Assembly (NCBI GenBank): GCA_963702845.1
Contig: OY969763.1
Span: forward strand, 1,824,001 to 1,888,000
Direction: 5' to 3'
Source of the DNA: an uncultured Verrucomicrobiae bacterium
GTDB taxonomy: Bacteria > Verrucomicrobiota > Verrucomicrobiia > Limisphaerales > Palsa-1400
Length of the DNA: 64,000 nucleotides
The notes beneath the pieces were generated by a model that saw nothing but the letters and a program-made list of their open reading frames with translations, was not told the origin of the DNA and made no database searches. Of this stretch, positions 1-8,837 are shown in pieces (position 1 is the stretch's first letter; each line of letters starts with the position of its first letter). Both the position numbers and the translations under genes were made by a program.

Positions 1-447
1 CTTCTGGTTTGCCAGTGTCGGCGTTTAACCCTGACGGCACATCAATCGCCAGCACGCGAACTCCGCTCGAATTAATCTTTTCAATGAGCGCCTTCCAATT
101 CTCATCGAGCGATCGATTGAGCCCGATCCCAAATAGCCCATCCACAATCCACTGTGGTTCCCGGGAAAGTTCATTCTCCAGCTGAGCAAACGCAGCCTTG
201 GGATCAGTCACTTCGATGACTCGCATCGCGCGCCCTTTTAAATGTGGAACAGCCGCCCGCGCGTCATCGCCGTTATGACCCTTGCCCGCGAGAACAAGAA
301 TCGCATCGCCCTCGCGCGTCAGTTCCAGCAAGCGCTGCGCAACAGCGCGCCCGACATTCTCGATGACATCCTTTCAGATACACCAGCCGCCCAAGTGGCC
401 TTCTCCCACTCCCGCATCTGCGCAACTGTAACAACCGGTATCGGCAT
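1..447 (-). CDS. nnrE: NAD(P)H-hydrate epimerase (YjeF N-terminal), runs off the window start; apparent frameshift near 370
   Basis: Manual minus-strand translation: MPIPVVTVAQMREWEKATW..., then in a shifted frame LAGKGHNGDD...WIVDGLFGIGLNR...VLAIDVPSGLNADTG (YjeF_N motifs). Not in the ORF track. Confidence 0.85.
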
Positions 448-566
448 TAAAGTAATTCACTCCCGCACCATCGCCGGGTCAAGAGCCAACGTGAACATCG
501 GGCGTCGCAAATGACGTCGACTAGTTGGCATTTCGACGCTCAGGCCTACATTGCATTGAGGTATTT

Positions 567-1049
567 ATGATCACACACGACCAAACCACACACGAAGCGT
601 TGCGACGGTTTCCTTACGCGATTTATATCCTGGGCGTTGCCAACGATGGCGAAACGAATGCGATGGCCGCAAGCTGGGTCACCCAATGCTCCTTTGATCC
701 GCCCTTGCTCATGGTCGCCGTGCGCCGAAGAACTCACACCTACGAGCTCGTCAAAAGCGGTCGCACATTCTCAATCAATCTTGTCGATAAAAAAGAGCGC
801 GACATCATCCGCACACTCGAAAAGCCGTTCGATATGATTGGCGACAAACTCAACGCCGTCGGACACAGTCAGGGAAAGAACGGCGCTCCGATTCTCGATC
901 AAGCCTTCGGCTACATCGAATGTAACGTCGTCGAAATCTACGAACCCGGCGACCATGCCCTCGTTATCGGCGAAGTCACCCACGCCGAACTGCGCCAAGA
1001 AGGCGAACCGATCATGTGCGCTGACCTCAAATGGCACTACGGCGGTTGA
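567..1049 (+). CDS. Flavin reductase-like family protein
   Basis: Motifs ASWVTQCSFDPPLL and GDHALVIGEV; ATG at 567 preceded by GAGG. Confidence 0.9.
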   Translation: MITHDQTTHEALRRFPYAIYILGVANDGETNAMAASWVTQCSFDPPLLMVAVRRRTHTYELVKSGRTFSINLVDKKERDIIRTLEKPFDMIGDKLNAVGHSQGKNGAPILDQAFGYIECNVVEIYEPGDHALVIGEVTHAELRQEGEPIMCADLKWHYGG

Positions 1050-1591
1050 ACCGTGCGTCTGTCGATGTCTCCGTTCTGAACTTATTCTGTCGGAACAGTT
1101 TCGAATGAGTAGCGTTGCGTTCGGTGTTGCTTCACTTAAACGGTGTAACAACGTGCGAAAAAATATCATCGAAATGTTGCAACTTCCTGCAACTTCCGCC
1201 TCCTTCCTGCAATTAGTTGCAAAGCGGAGCGGGTTTGTAACAGAAAATCCTGCAACTTTTATCAAAGATCATATCCGGGTTGCACTTCCCTGAATGCCGG
1301 TAAGGACAGGCGGCCGAGGGATTATAACGTGAAGCAGCGGCGTGTCAACGTTGTGTAATAAAACCCCAAAGGGGTTTAGTTACTCAGTCTAGGGATGCAG
1401 AGAGCAGCGGGGAGACTTCCCTTGGCAAAAACTAAAAACGAAGTCTCACTTTCGCGAAGCGGCGACGAAGGAGTTAAATGTCTTTTGTTTCGCAGGTAAT
1501 TGGCGCACCACATTTCCTGAACAATTGATATACGATAACTGGTCGCATAATTTTAATCGGCAAACAATGGTTTTATAGGTGGCGTGATTTG

Positions 1592-1803
1592 TCAACGAGA
1601 GGTTCGAGGCGGCTTTGTTTCCAGGACCGGTTCTGGTGCGTCTTTGAATTTGTCGTACTTCCCGAGAAGTCTCCCAACGGCCAGAAGAACTGGAAACACC
1701 ACCTTTTGCACGACCGCTGGAATGTCGAGCATGCGTATTTCCGACCGATAGCGCGTCAGAAGGAACGCCGCGTCGAAGAATCCCGGGCGTTTTCGTCCAC
1801 TCC
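1592..1803 (-). pseudogene. 3' fragment resembling the C-terminus of a cupin-domain protein
   Basis: Frame reads SGRKRPGFFDAAFLLTRYRSEIRMLDIPAVVQKVVFPVLLAVGRLLGKYDKFKDAPEPV with an in-frame stop just upstream; family call from memory. Confidence 0.45.
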
Positions 1804-1838
1804 TTCATATCTGACGAGCCAAAACCGCTGATTCGTCT

Positions 1839-1933
1839 GTTTAACGTTTCAGCTCACCGACCGCCGCCCGTCCTGCGCACCGAACTCGCTGCCGACGCAG
1901 CGGGCGGCGGGTCGGTGGAGCGGCTGGTTCGGC
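1839..1933 (-). mobile_element. Integron attC site
   Basis: Minus strand GCCGAAC-CAGCCGCTCCACCGACCCGCCGCCCG...CGGGCGGCGGTCGGTGAGCTGAAAC-GTTAAAC: inverse core, imperfect long palindrome, GTTRRRY core. Confidence 0.85.
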
Positions 1934-1940
1934 GCGTCCC

Positions 1941-2306
1941 TCAAGCTCTGCGAAAATGTCCTCTGTGGAGTAGCCGCCCAATTTGGCGGCAGCAATGACG
2001 TGCGCAGGGACGTGAACCAGCGTGGAGATAACCGCTGCGTTGGATCTCCGCGTCGGTAAACCTCTCAGGAAACAAGTGTAGCGCTACCAGGAAAGCAGCG
2101 TCAGCGTTCCAATCCGCGAGGTTAAATGCAATGTGCCTCGCCACTTTCTTTGAGTATCCGGATTTGGATCCAATGGCCTTGGCAATCTGGTCAAAGCAGC
2201 GTGACGGGACACGAGGCTCAAGCCATTTGGCGCGCTGAGGACCCGCAAGTTCGCGGAAGATAGCCGCCACCTTTTTCTGATAAGAATCGATTGCTTTGGT
2301 GCTCAT
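1941..2306 (-). CDS. Integron cassette hypothetical protein (possible frameshift near 2040)
   Basis: Starts just after the attC core GTTCGAC with GGAG upstream. An alternative frame (AAVISTLVHVPAHVIAAAKLGGYSTEDIF) looks more protein-like than the tracked C-terminus. Confidence 0.7.
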   Translation of the reverse strand: MSTKAIDSYQKKVAAIFRELAGPQRAKWLEPRVPSRCFDQIAKAIGSKSGYSKKVARHIAFNLADWNADAAFLVALHLFPERFTDAEIQRSGYLHAGSRPCARHCCRQIGRLLHRGHFRRA

Positions 2307-2315
2307 GACATCTCC

Positions 2316-2407
2316 GTCGAACGTTTCAGCTCAGCGACCCGGCCCACGGGACGCGTCGATTGCAACAGTGACGCAATGGCCGGGTTCGCTGCAGCGCTTG
2401 GTTAGCC
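2316..2407 (-). mobile_element. Integron attC site
   Basis: Minus strand GGCTAAC-CAAGCGCTGCAGCGAACCCGGCC...GGCCGGGTCGCTGAGCTGAAAC-GTTCGAC; the stop codon of the upstream gene lies in the inverse core (TAAC). Confidence 0.9.
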
Positions 2408-2845
2408 GTCATTGTTGAGGGTCTCCTGCAACTCTTGCACGAACGTCTCCACGCTCGCAAAACTCGCGAGTGGTCGTGCTGTCAGATTGCCGTGATCCGT
2501 CTTCACAATCGTGCCATCACTGCAACGCAGCGCATACGGGCAAGCGTCGTCGTCATCGCCAATGTGGACGTAGTCCGAAGGCCAAGGTGGACGTAGTCCG
2601 AAGGCCAAGGTGGACGTAGTCCGAAGGCCAAGGTGGACGTAGTCCGAAGGCCAAGGTGGAGCACCGCCGTAACCTTCGCGATATTCCAGCGTGCGCTCGA
2701 CGTTGAGAGCCGCGTCGTCCCAAAGACTGAACTCCGTCCCGCCTGCAAACTCTGGCCAAGGAAAAGCGCTCAGGACCTGCTTGTAGGCGCTGGGCAGTGT
2801 CACGTGAAGTTTCTCTTCCATCATCGTGAGTTGTTCGGGTGTCAT
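2402..2845 (-). CDS. SMI1/KNR4 (SUKH) family protein, integron cassette
   Basis: EEKLHVTLPSAYKQVL and YVHIGDDDDACPYAL motifs. Cassette starts GTTAGCCGTCAT (from 2865) and ends ATGACGGCTAAC, i.e. complementary cores. Confidence 0.8.
   Translation of the reverse strand: MTPEQLTMMEEKLHVTLPSAYKQVLSAFPWPEFAGGTEFSLWDDAALNVERTLEYREGYGGAPPWPSDYVHLGLRTTSTLAFGLRPPWPSDYVHIGDDDDACPYALRCSDGTIVKTDHGNLTARPLASFASVETFVQELQETLNNDG
2564..2660. repeat. Perfect tandem repeat, 23 bp x 4 plus 5 bp
   Basis: GTGGACGTAGTCCGAAGGCCAAG at 2564, 2587, 2610 and 2633, then GTGGA. Confidence 0.97.
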
Positions 2846-2858
2846 GGCGCGTGATGAC

Positions 2859-2940
2859 GGCTAACGATTAATATACGACAATTGTTCGCATATTTTTTAA
2901 TATGCGAACAGCGGGTTGTATATCAACCAACCCGCTGTTC
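2859..2940 (-). mobile_element. attI-like recombination point with two overlapping inverted repeats
   Basis: Core GTTAGCC not preceded by an attC arm; inverted repeats TGTTCGCATATT/AATATGCGAACA (2883-2910) and GAACAGCGGGTTG/CAACCCGCTGTTC (2906-2940). Confidence 0.5.
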
Positions 2941-3120
2941 ATCAAGATTCCTCACGTTTTTTTGACAGTGGAAAGGGCGGGGGCTAGTGAAAAGGCTAAA
3001 GGCTAAAGAGGAACCCCGACGCGAAGGCGTTTGGGTTGGTCATGGAAAGGGTTTCGGTGAATGCGGCGAACTCCATCGCCAGCTCGATTGCTGGTGGTGA
3101 GGTTGGTGGAACCCACTTCG

Positions 3121-3642
3121 TTATATGTTGCTTTCGGATCTCGGTGGAGTGCTCAAGGCTCGTAATGCGGAAAGCCATCCTGCCGAATACAAAACGACTC
3201 GCACCCAATTTAAGCCGACCCACCACTTGGTTAAGTTCGTTACCTGGTCGGCACTCATCGCCATGACGTCTTTGCTAGTCAGTCGGATGATGTTTGGCAC
3301 AAACCACGCGAAGGTGGACACGACAACGACCAGAGCCAGAATGGTTCCTGCCATTCGCCATTTGCGATGTTGGGGGCGAGTCCGCAAACCCGAGAGCAAT
3401 GTCGCCAGCGCCAACAGGCCGACCAGCGGAGTGTTGAACATCCAGAACCTGCCGCCGGCGTTCAGGGTAAACTGCGGATTTGCGACGTTGTGCTGATAAT
3501 AAGCCGTGACCGACTCGGGTGGCGCACTGGTCCACAACGGCAATACAACCAATGTTTCATACAATCCTGCGCCGATCTCGATTCCCAGCGCGATCACAAG
3601 AAGCCACAGAAAAAGTTGTGCGAATGAAAATTGTCTTCTCAT
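3121..3642 (-). CDS. DUF1772 / anthrone oxygenase-like membrane protein
   Basis: GAGLYETLVVLPLW...RFW...WVGLNWVR; four hydrophobic segments. Confidence 0.75.
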   Translation of the reverse strand: MRRQFSFAQLFLWLLVIALGIEIGAGLYETLVVLPLWTSAPPESVTAYYQHNVANPQFTLNAGGRFWMFNTPLVGLLALATLLSGLRTRPQHRKWRMAGTILALVVVVSTFAWFVPNIIRLTSKDVMAMSADQVTNLTKWWVGLNWVRVVLYSAGWLSALRALSTPPRSESNI

Positions 3643-3788
3643 CTTTTCAGGTTTGCCCGCCACGTTAGGCCTTGCCCATGACCGGTCAAGCGCAATAGCC
3701 ATAGGCGTAGATCACCTGAGGCCACGAACGGCATACGGCTGATTGTAGAGTTCGGGGTCTTCGAGTTGGGTTACTTGAAGGAGGGAAT

Positions 3789-4190
3789 ATGACCTACGAG
3801 CATTTCATCGGTCAGGTGCAACACCGGGCCAAACTCCCATCGGAAGGAGACGCGCTGCGCGCAGTTGAAGCGACGCTTCAAACGCTCGCCGAACGACTGG
3901 AGGAACACGAAGCCAAACATCTGGCGTCACAATTGCCGATGGCGTTGCGGCCATTTGTTGAAGGCGGAGAACACCGCATTCGGCGTTCGCTGAATGAGTT
4001 TCTCCAGTGCATCAGCGAGCGCGAAAAGGTAGGCCTGCCGACATCCACGTATCATGCGCGCGTCATCATGGAAGTCTTGCAGGAAGCCGTGTCTCCCGGA
4101 GAAATCGAAGACGTTCTAGCCAATCTGCCGGCAGATTGGGCGCCGCTTTTTGGTGGCAGCCGCGGGCGCATGAGATCCGCCGTCGTATAG
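3789..4190 (+). CDS. DUF2267 domain protein
   Basis: ATLQTLAERL..EAKHLASQLP..AVSPGEIEDVLANLP; GGAGG RBS. Confidence 0.85.
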   Translation: MTYEHFIGQVQHRAKLPSEGDALRAVEATLQTLAERLEEHEAKHLASQLPMALRPFVEGGEHRIRRSLNEFLQCISEREKVGLPTSTYHARVIMEVLQEAVSPGEIEDVLANLPADWAPLFGGSRGRMRSAVV

Positions 4191-4244
4191 TGGCGAGCGA
4201 TCGCTTCGCGCCTAGCCTCGCGTCATCGGCGGCTATCAGCATTT

Positions 4245-5351
4245 ATGCTGCGCTTATTCCTCTGCGGCGATGTCATGACTGGCCGCGGTCTGGACCAGGT
4301 GCTGCCGTTTCCTGCTGACCCGCAGCTCTATGAATCGCACGTGAAAGACGCGCGCGATTATGTCGCACTTGCTGAACAGGCACATGGCCCCATCGTTCGT
4401 CCCGTCAGCTTCCGCTACATTTGGGGCGGCACCATCGCCGAACTCGACCGGGCCAACGCCGACGTTCGCATCATCAACCTGGAGACCAGCATTACCACGA
4501 GCGCACAACCGTGGCCGAAAAAGCCGATCCAATTCAAAATGAATCCCAGGAACATCGGTTGTCTAACTGCCGCGCGAATCAGCGCGTGTGCCCTGGCAAA
4601 CAATCATGTCCTCGATTGGAATTACACCGGCTTGATCGAAACGCTTGAAACACTCGACCGCGCCGGCATCGCTCACACCGGCGACGATTGCGTTCGGCGA
4701 GACTCGAATCCTGCTTTTTTCTATCGGTTAAACAACCAGCGGGATCCCGCCAGACTGGGCCGCAACCGACAACAAACCCGGTGTATTCCTCGTCGATGAC
4801 CTTTCAAGTTCAACCGCCGAAACCATCGCCGCCGACATGCGCGTTTATCAAAAGCCCGGCGATATCGTCATCGCTTCGGTTCATTGGGGTAACAATTGGG
4901 GCTACGACCTTCACCGGAACAAATCACTTTCGCGCACACCTTGATCGACGAAGGCGTCGCGCTCGTGCACGGCCATTCATCGCACCACATCAAAACTCTC
5001 GAAGTTTATGACGACCATCTGATTCTTTACGGCTGCGGCGATCTGATTACGGACTACGAAGGCATCGCAGGCTACGAAGTGTTCCGTGGCGACCTCGCGT
5101 TCTTATATTTGCCGGAACTCGCGCGCGATGGCCGCCTGCGATCGCTGCGACTGGTCCCGGTGCAAACACGCCGCTTTCAATTACATCGAGCTTCAACCGA
5201 AGACTCAAAATCTCTCTGCGCGTTGATGAATGATTTGTGCGTCGGGGTCGCGCCCGGGTTCCAGTTCGCAGATGACAATAGCCTCGTGTTCAGTCCAGAT
5301 TCCGCGCACCCGCTCTTCCGGGCTGCTGACGGTCACGATCATGGCCGGTAG
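4245..5351 (+). pseudogene. capA: CapA family (poly-gamma-glutamate synthesis/metallophosphatase), disrupted
   Basis: GDVMTGRG, INLET, LANNHVLD, SVHWG, HGHSSHH and YGCGD motifs split over three frames; in-frame TAA (~4729) and apparent deletion after GIAHTG. Confidence 0.8.
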
Positions 5352-5428
5352 GGATTTCGACAATTGAATGAAAAGCACTTCTGCTCTACCGCGGCAGAGT
5401 AGTCCGCCAGCAGTCATTCCATTTATCA

Positions 5429-5776
5429 TTATGTTTGCTGCTTCAGGAATTCGTCGAGAGCGCGTTCGAGGGCATCTTGGTCCAAGTCCCGTCGGTTTTC
5501 CACGAACAGGGTGAGGCACTGGCCATCGTCCCGGAGAGCAAGAAGGATGCGCGCGTGTTCGAATATCCAGCAGAGGCGCAATGGTACGATTTGGTGCTGC
5601 GCCAGGTTTTGAGCAGCAATCGACAATCGTTTGACAGTCTGCTCCACCTGAGTCGTGGTGAACCAATTGTTGTAACACTGGCTGGCGAAGGTGCGGTCGG
5701 GAAGCTGCGCGCCCCAGGCCGCCAGTCCCGCCTTCGGGACGTTGGCTTCAATGAAATTGCCGAGGGTGTCGCTCAT
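5429..5776 (-). CDS. Small hypothetical protein, possible roadblock/longin-like fold
   Basis: 115 aa; start overlaps the stop of the upstream regulator; a-b-b-a-b-b-b-a pattern by eye. Confidence 0.7.
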   Translation of the reverse strand: MSDTLGNFIEANVPKAGLAAWGAQLPDRTFASQCYNNWFTTTQVEQTVKRLSIAAQNLAQHQIVPLRLCWIFEHARILLALRDDGQCLTLFVENRRDLDQDALERALDEFLKQQT

Positions 5777-7044
5777 AGGCTCTGTTTTTTGCCGCGGGTG
5801 CTGCGGACGAATATCCGGCGCTGCGGTTGTACCTGGCAGACGACCCGTCCTCGAGGGGTAATGATCTCGAGACGGTCGAACACCCCGACTTTAACGGCCT
5901 CACTCACCTCCCTGGCCTGCTGCTCGATCTGTTCCATCAGTTTTAGGCGTCCATCGACCCTTTTGCAGCCCCACTCATAGAGGACATTGCCTGCGTTGGA
6001 ACCGAGCAGGATCTCCTCAATTTGCGGCCCGGTGTCAATTTGAATGGGTGCCGCGGGGGCAGGTTCGGCCGGCGGTTTGGCGGGCTGAAACTGTGGCTTG
6101 GTTGCGGCCACGGGCGGCGCTGCCGGTGGCGGTTTGGCGGTTTGGGACTGCGCAATCTGAGATGCGATTTCAGGCGCAATTTGAGGTGCGACCTCACGTG
6201 CGACTTTGGAAAAAAATTCGGGGGCAACTTCGGGTGCAACTTTGGATACGACCTCAGGTGGCGCTTCAGATGCAATTTCAGAAGCAACATCAGATGCCAC
6301 TTCGGGGTTTTCCGATTCCAAAGATGTCGTCTGGCCTTCGTCGAGGAGCTGGGCTGCCGCCATCAACAAACCCTCCCACTGTCCTTCGATCGTGCGGCAG
6401 GGTGGTTCGGTGTATTCGGAAAAATTAAATTCACCCCCGCGCAATCCGAGCAGTCCAAAGAGTGCAGTCTCGCCCTGGATCGCTCCCGACTCGGCATGAA
6501 TGATGGCACCTTCACGGATGAAGATTCGTCCCCGCACGCGGCCGGTAAATATCTCGAGGACAGAAGACTTGAGGCCGAGGCACTCCATCTGAATTACGTC
6601 CGAAATCCCCAAGCGCCGCATGACGCCGGAGAATCCCTCGTGATGCGCGGCGCCTGCCAGGGCGTCCAACGCCGAGAACGCCATTTCAAAGCCCTCATGC
6701 GCGACCGGCTTTTGAAGAACCATGGCGGCGCCGCTTTCCTCGCAGGCTTTGCGGTCTGCCCCATTGGCGTGGCCACTAAGGACAACGGCTTGTTGTCCGG
6801 GGTGGGTGCGGGCCAGCAACTTCAGAAACTGGAGGCCATCCACAACCGGCATTTTGAAGTCAAGCACGACGAGATCAACTTGGCCCCTGCGCAAGATCTC
6901 CAGCGCCTGGGCATGATTGTTCGCTGTGGAAATGTCCCAGGAACCTTTCGACATTTGCAAAAACAACGTCTGGATGACGGCCAGGAATTTGGGATCATCA
7001 TCTACGAAGAGAAGTTTTTTTCGTTTGTTTGATTCGCTTGGCAT
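5773..7044 (-). CDS. Response regulator: REC + DUF4388 (PATAN-like) + Pro/Ala linker + C-terminal alpha/beta domain
   Basis: LLFVDDD..VVLDFKMPVVDG..LQKP (REC); GFSGVMRRLGISDVIQMECL..GRIFIREGAIIHAE (DUF4388). Confidence 0.85.
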   Translation of the reverse strand: MPSESNKRKKLLFVDDDPKFLAVIQTLFLQMSKGSWDISTANNHAQALEILRRGQVDLVVLDFKMPVVDGLQFLKLLARTHPGQQAVVLSGHANGADRKACEESGAAMVLQKPVAHEGFEMAFSALDALAGAAHHEGFSGVMRRLGISDVIQMECLGLKSSVLEIFTGRVRGRIFIREGAIIHAESGAIQGETALFGLLGLRGGEFNFSEYTEPPCRTIEGQWEGLLMAAAQLLDEGQTTSLESENPEVASDVASEIASEAPPEVVSKVAPEVAPEFFSKVAREVAPQIAPEIASQIAQSQTAKPPPAAPPVAATKPQFQPAKPPAEPAPAAPIQIDTGPQIEEILLGSNAGNVLYEWGCKRVDGRLKLMEQIEQQAREVSEAVKVGVFDRLEIITPRGRVVCQVQPQRRIFVRSTRGKKQSL

Positions 7045-7185
7045 CGGTTGCAGTTTGCAGACTGAGAACACTCTGGCAATGCGCTCAGCATTTGTCGATT
7101 TCAAAGGGCCGGGCCAGCGGCAAAAAATTCGTTTGGCGAAGCGCGCTGTTGACCGGAATGCGCCATCGCCGATCGATTGACGTTG

Positions 7186-8571
7186 TTATCTACCGCGTGA
7201 TGCGAATTGTGTCAGCGCTTTTTCGACCGTCGAGCGAACTCCGGGGTCTGGATCCGACAACGCTTGCATTAGAGCAGGGTATGGGGTCCGGCTGCCGCCC
7301 AGCAGACCCAGGGCATGCGCGGCCGCCTGACGAAAGTCCGGGTCCGGATCGGCAAGCATGGATAAGAACTGGTTAATTGTCAGTTTATAGCCCATTTCCG
7401 GGGGAAGAGCGACCTGTGGTAGCGATAGATCGCCTCTGAAACTTCTTGCTTTCATCACGCCCAAACCCACGAGCAGATCCATCACGAAATAGCGGACATC
7501 CTCCTCTTCCGTATCAAGATTGGCTTTGAGTTTCTCGAAGGAGTCCTCAGCTGCGGGCGAGGAACTCCACTCGTCGTCGATGCGAGACAGACTCCCGGCT
7601 GCGAAACGGCGCACGCTGCTGTTTTTGTCTCTCAGAACAAGAACGAGCGGCCCGATTGCGCGGCGATCGCCTATTTGACCCAGCGCTATGACGACGGCCT
7701 CACGCACGTCGGCATCGGAGTCCGGCAGTGCTTCTATCAAAGCCTTGGCGGATTCTTGGTCCTTCAATCGGCCCAGCGATTCTGCTGCCTGGCGGCGGAC
7801 TTCCCAGACCTTGTCTTGCAGGCAATCCCTGATTTGCTCCAAGGCATCTTTCGCGCGCAAGGTGTATAACGCCTCGATGGCGGCAATACGCACATTGGTG
7901 TCGGAATGGCGAAGCTGCGGGGCGATCTGGCGGATAATCTCCTCCCCTCCCACCGAGGCCAGCGCGCTCAGGGCGGCTACGCACGCGGTGCTGTCGTCGG
8001 ATTTCAAGGCCTTTTTCACCAGGTTCAGGGCGCGCGGGCTATCGATTTTGACGAGAGCTTTTATCGCGCCGGCACGAATGCCGGAAGGACCGGAATTGAT
8101 GACGGATTCCAGCGGCGCGATGGCCTTGTCCCCAAAGGAGGCGGCACGACTAAGGTGGCCCCTGGCTATGTTTTGCCAGATTTCATCTTCCTTATTGGCG
8201 GGACGCCAACTGAACCGATCAAGCGTCTGGACAGCGCCGCCCCGAACGCCCGCATCCGAATGCCGCAGCAAAGGCACAATCGGCGCGATGATTTTCGAAT
8301 TGGAACAACGTTTCAGAGAGGAAATCGCGGACTTTATCACCTCCGCATCGGAATCCTGCAAGGCGCTCAGAAGCGTATCGAAAATCCGATCATCGTCGAG
8401 CCTTCCCAGCGCGGTCGCGGCGAATTGGCGGACGAGGGCATCGGAATCACGGAGAGCGTCTTTCAGCGGTTCGAAGGCTTTGGGGTCGCGTGAGCGGCAG
8501 AGTTGCTCGGCCGCCTCGCGACGGCTCTTGACATTAACGGACTTGAGCTGACGTCGAATTAACCAAAGCAT
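7186..8571 (-). CDS. HEAT-repeat (PBS lyase-like) protein
   Basis: Many repeats of L.D.D..VR..AA.ALG. Confidence 0.92.
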   Translation of the reverse strand: MLWLIRRQLKSVNVKSRREAAEQLCRSRDPKAFEPLKDALRDSDALVRQFAATALGRLDDDRIFDTLLSALQDSDAEVIKSAISSLKRCSNSKIIAPIVPLLRHSDAGVRGGAVQTLDRFSWRPANKEDEIWQNIARGHLSRAASFGDKAIAPLESVINSGPSGIRAGAIKALVKIDSPRALNLVKKALKSDDSTACVAALSALASVGGEEIIRQIAPQLRHSDTNVRIAAIEALYTLRAKDALEQIRDCLQDKVWEVRRQAAESLGRLKDQESAKALIEALPDSDADVREAVVIALGQIGDRRAIGPLVLVLRDKNSSVRRFAAGSLSRIDDEWSSSPAAEDSFEKLKANLDTEEEDVRYFVMDLLVGLGVMKARSFRGDLSLPQVALPPEMGYKLTINQFLSMLADPDPDFRQAAAHALGLLGGSRTPYPALMQALSDPDPGVRSTVEKALTQFASRGR

Positions 8572-8837
8572 AAGAACACACTATATCCCTACTCAACAAA
8601 GCCGGTTCACTTCAAGGAGAACCTGCGATGAACGGTCAGGATTATTCGATTGTCGATGGTGATTTACTTTGTGGACTAGTCAAGTGGACCGCTTGCGGGC
8701 GCTAGCGAATGCTGTATGATAGAGGTGTCACGGTGCAGCAGGGGGGAACACAAAGAGCAACTGAGCAAAACCCTGACAAACAAATACTGTCGCCATCCGA
8801 TTGACCTCGTAGGGAATCACCTTATAGGCTCTGCAGC

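Noticed and set aside
2564..2660. CRISPR array
   Set aside because: Units are head-to-tail with no spacers, lie inside an ORF, and no cas genes are present.
2996..3266. Integron integrase next to the attI-like site
   Set aside because: Short ORFs lack tyrosine recombinase R-H-R-Y motifs and overlap the DUF1772 gene.
6022..7032. Long antisense ORFs (also 7688-8551, 22016-22864, 24629-25534, 57895-58722)
   Set aside because: Shadow frames of real genes in GC-rich DNA, with no recognisable motifs.
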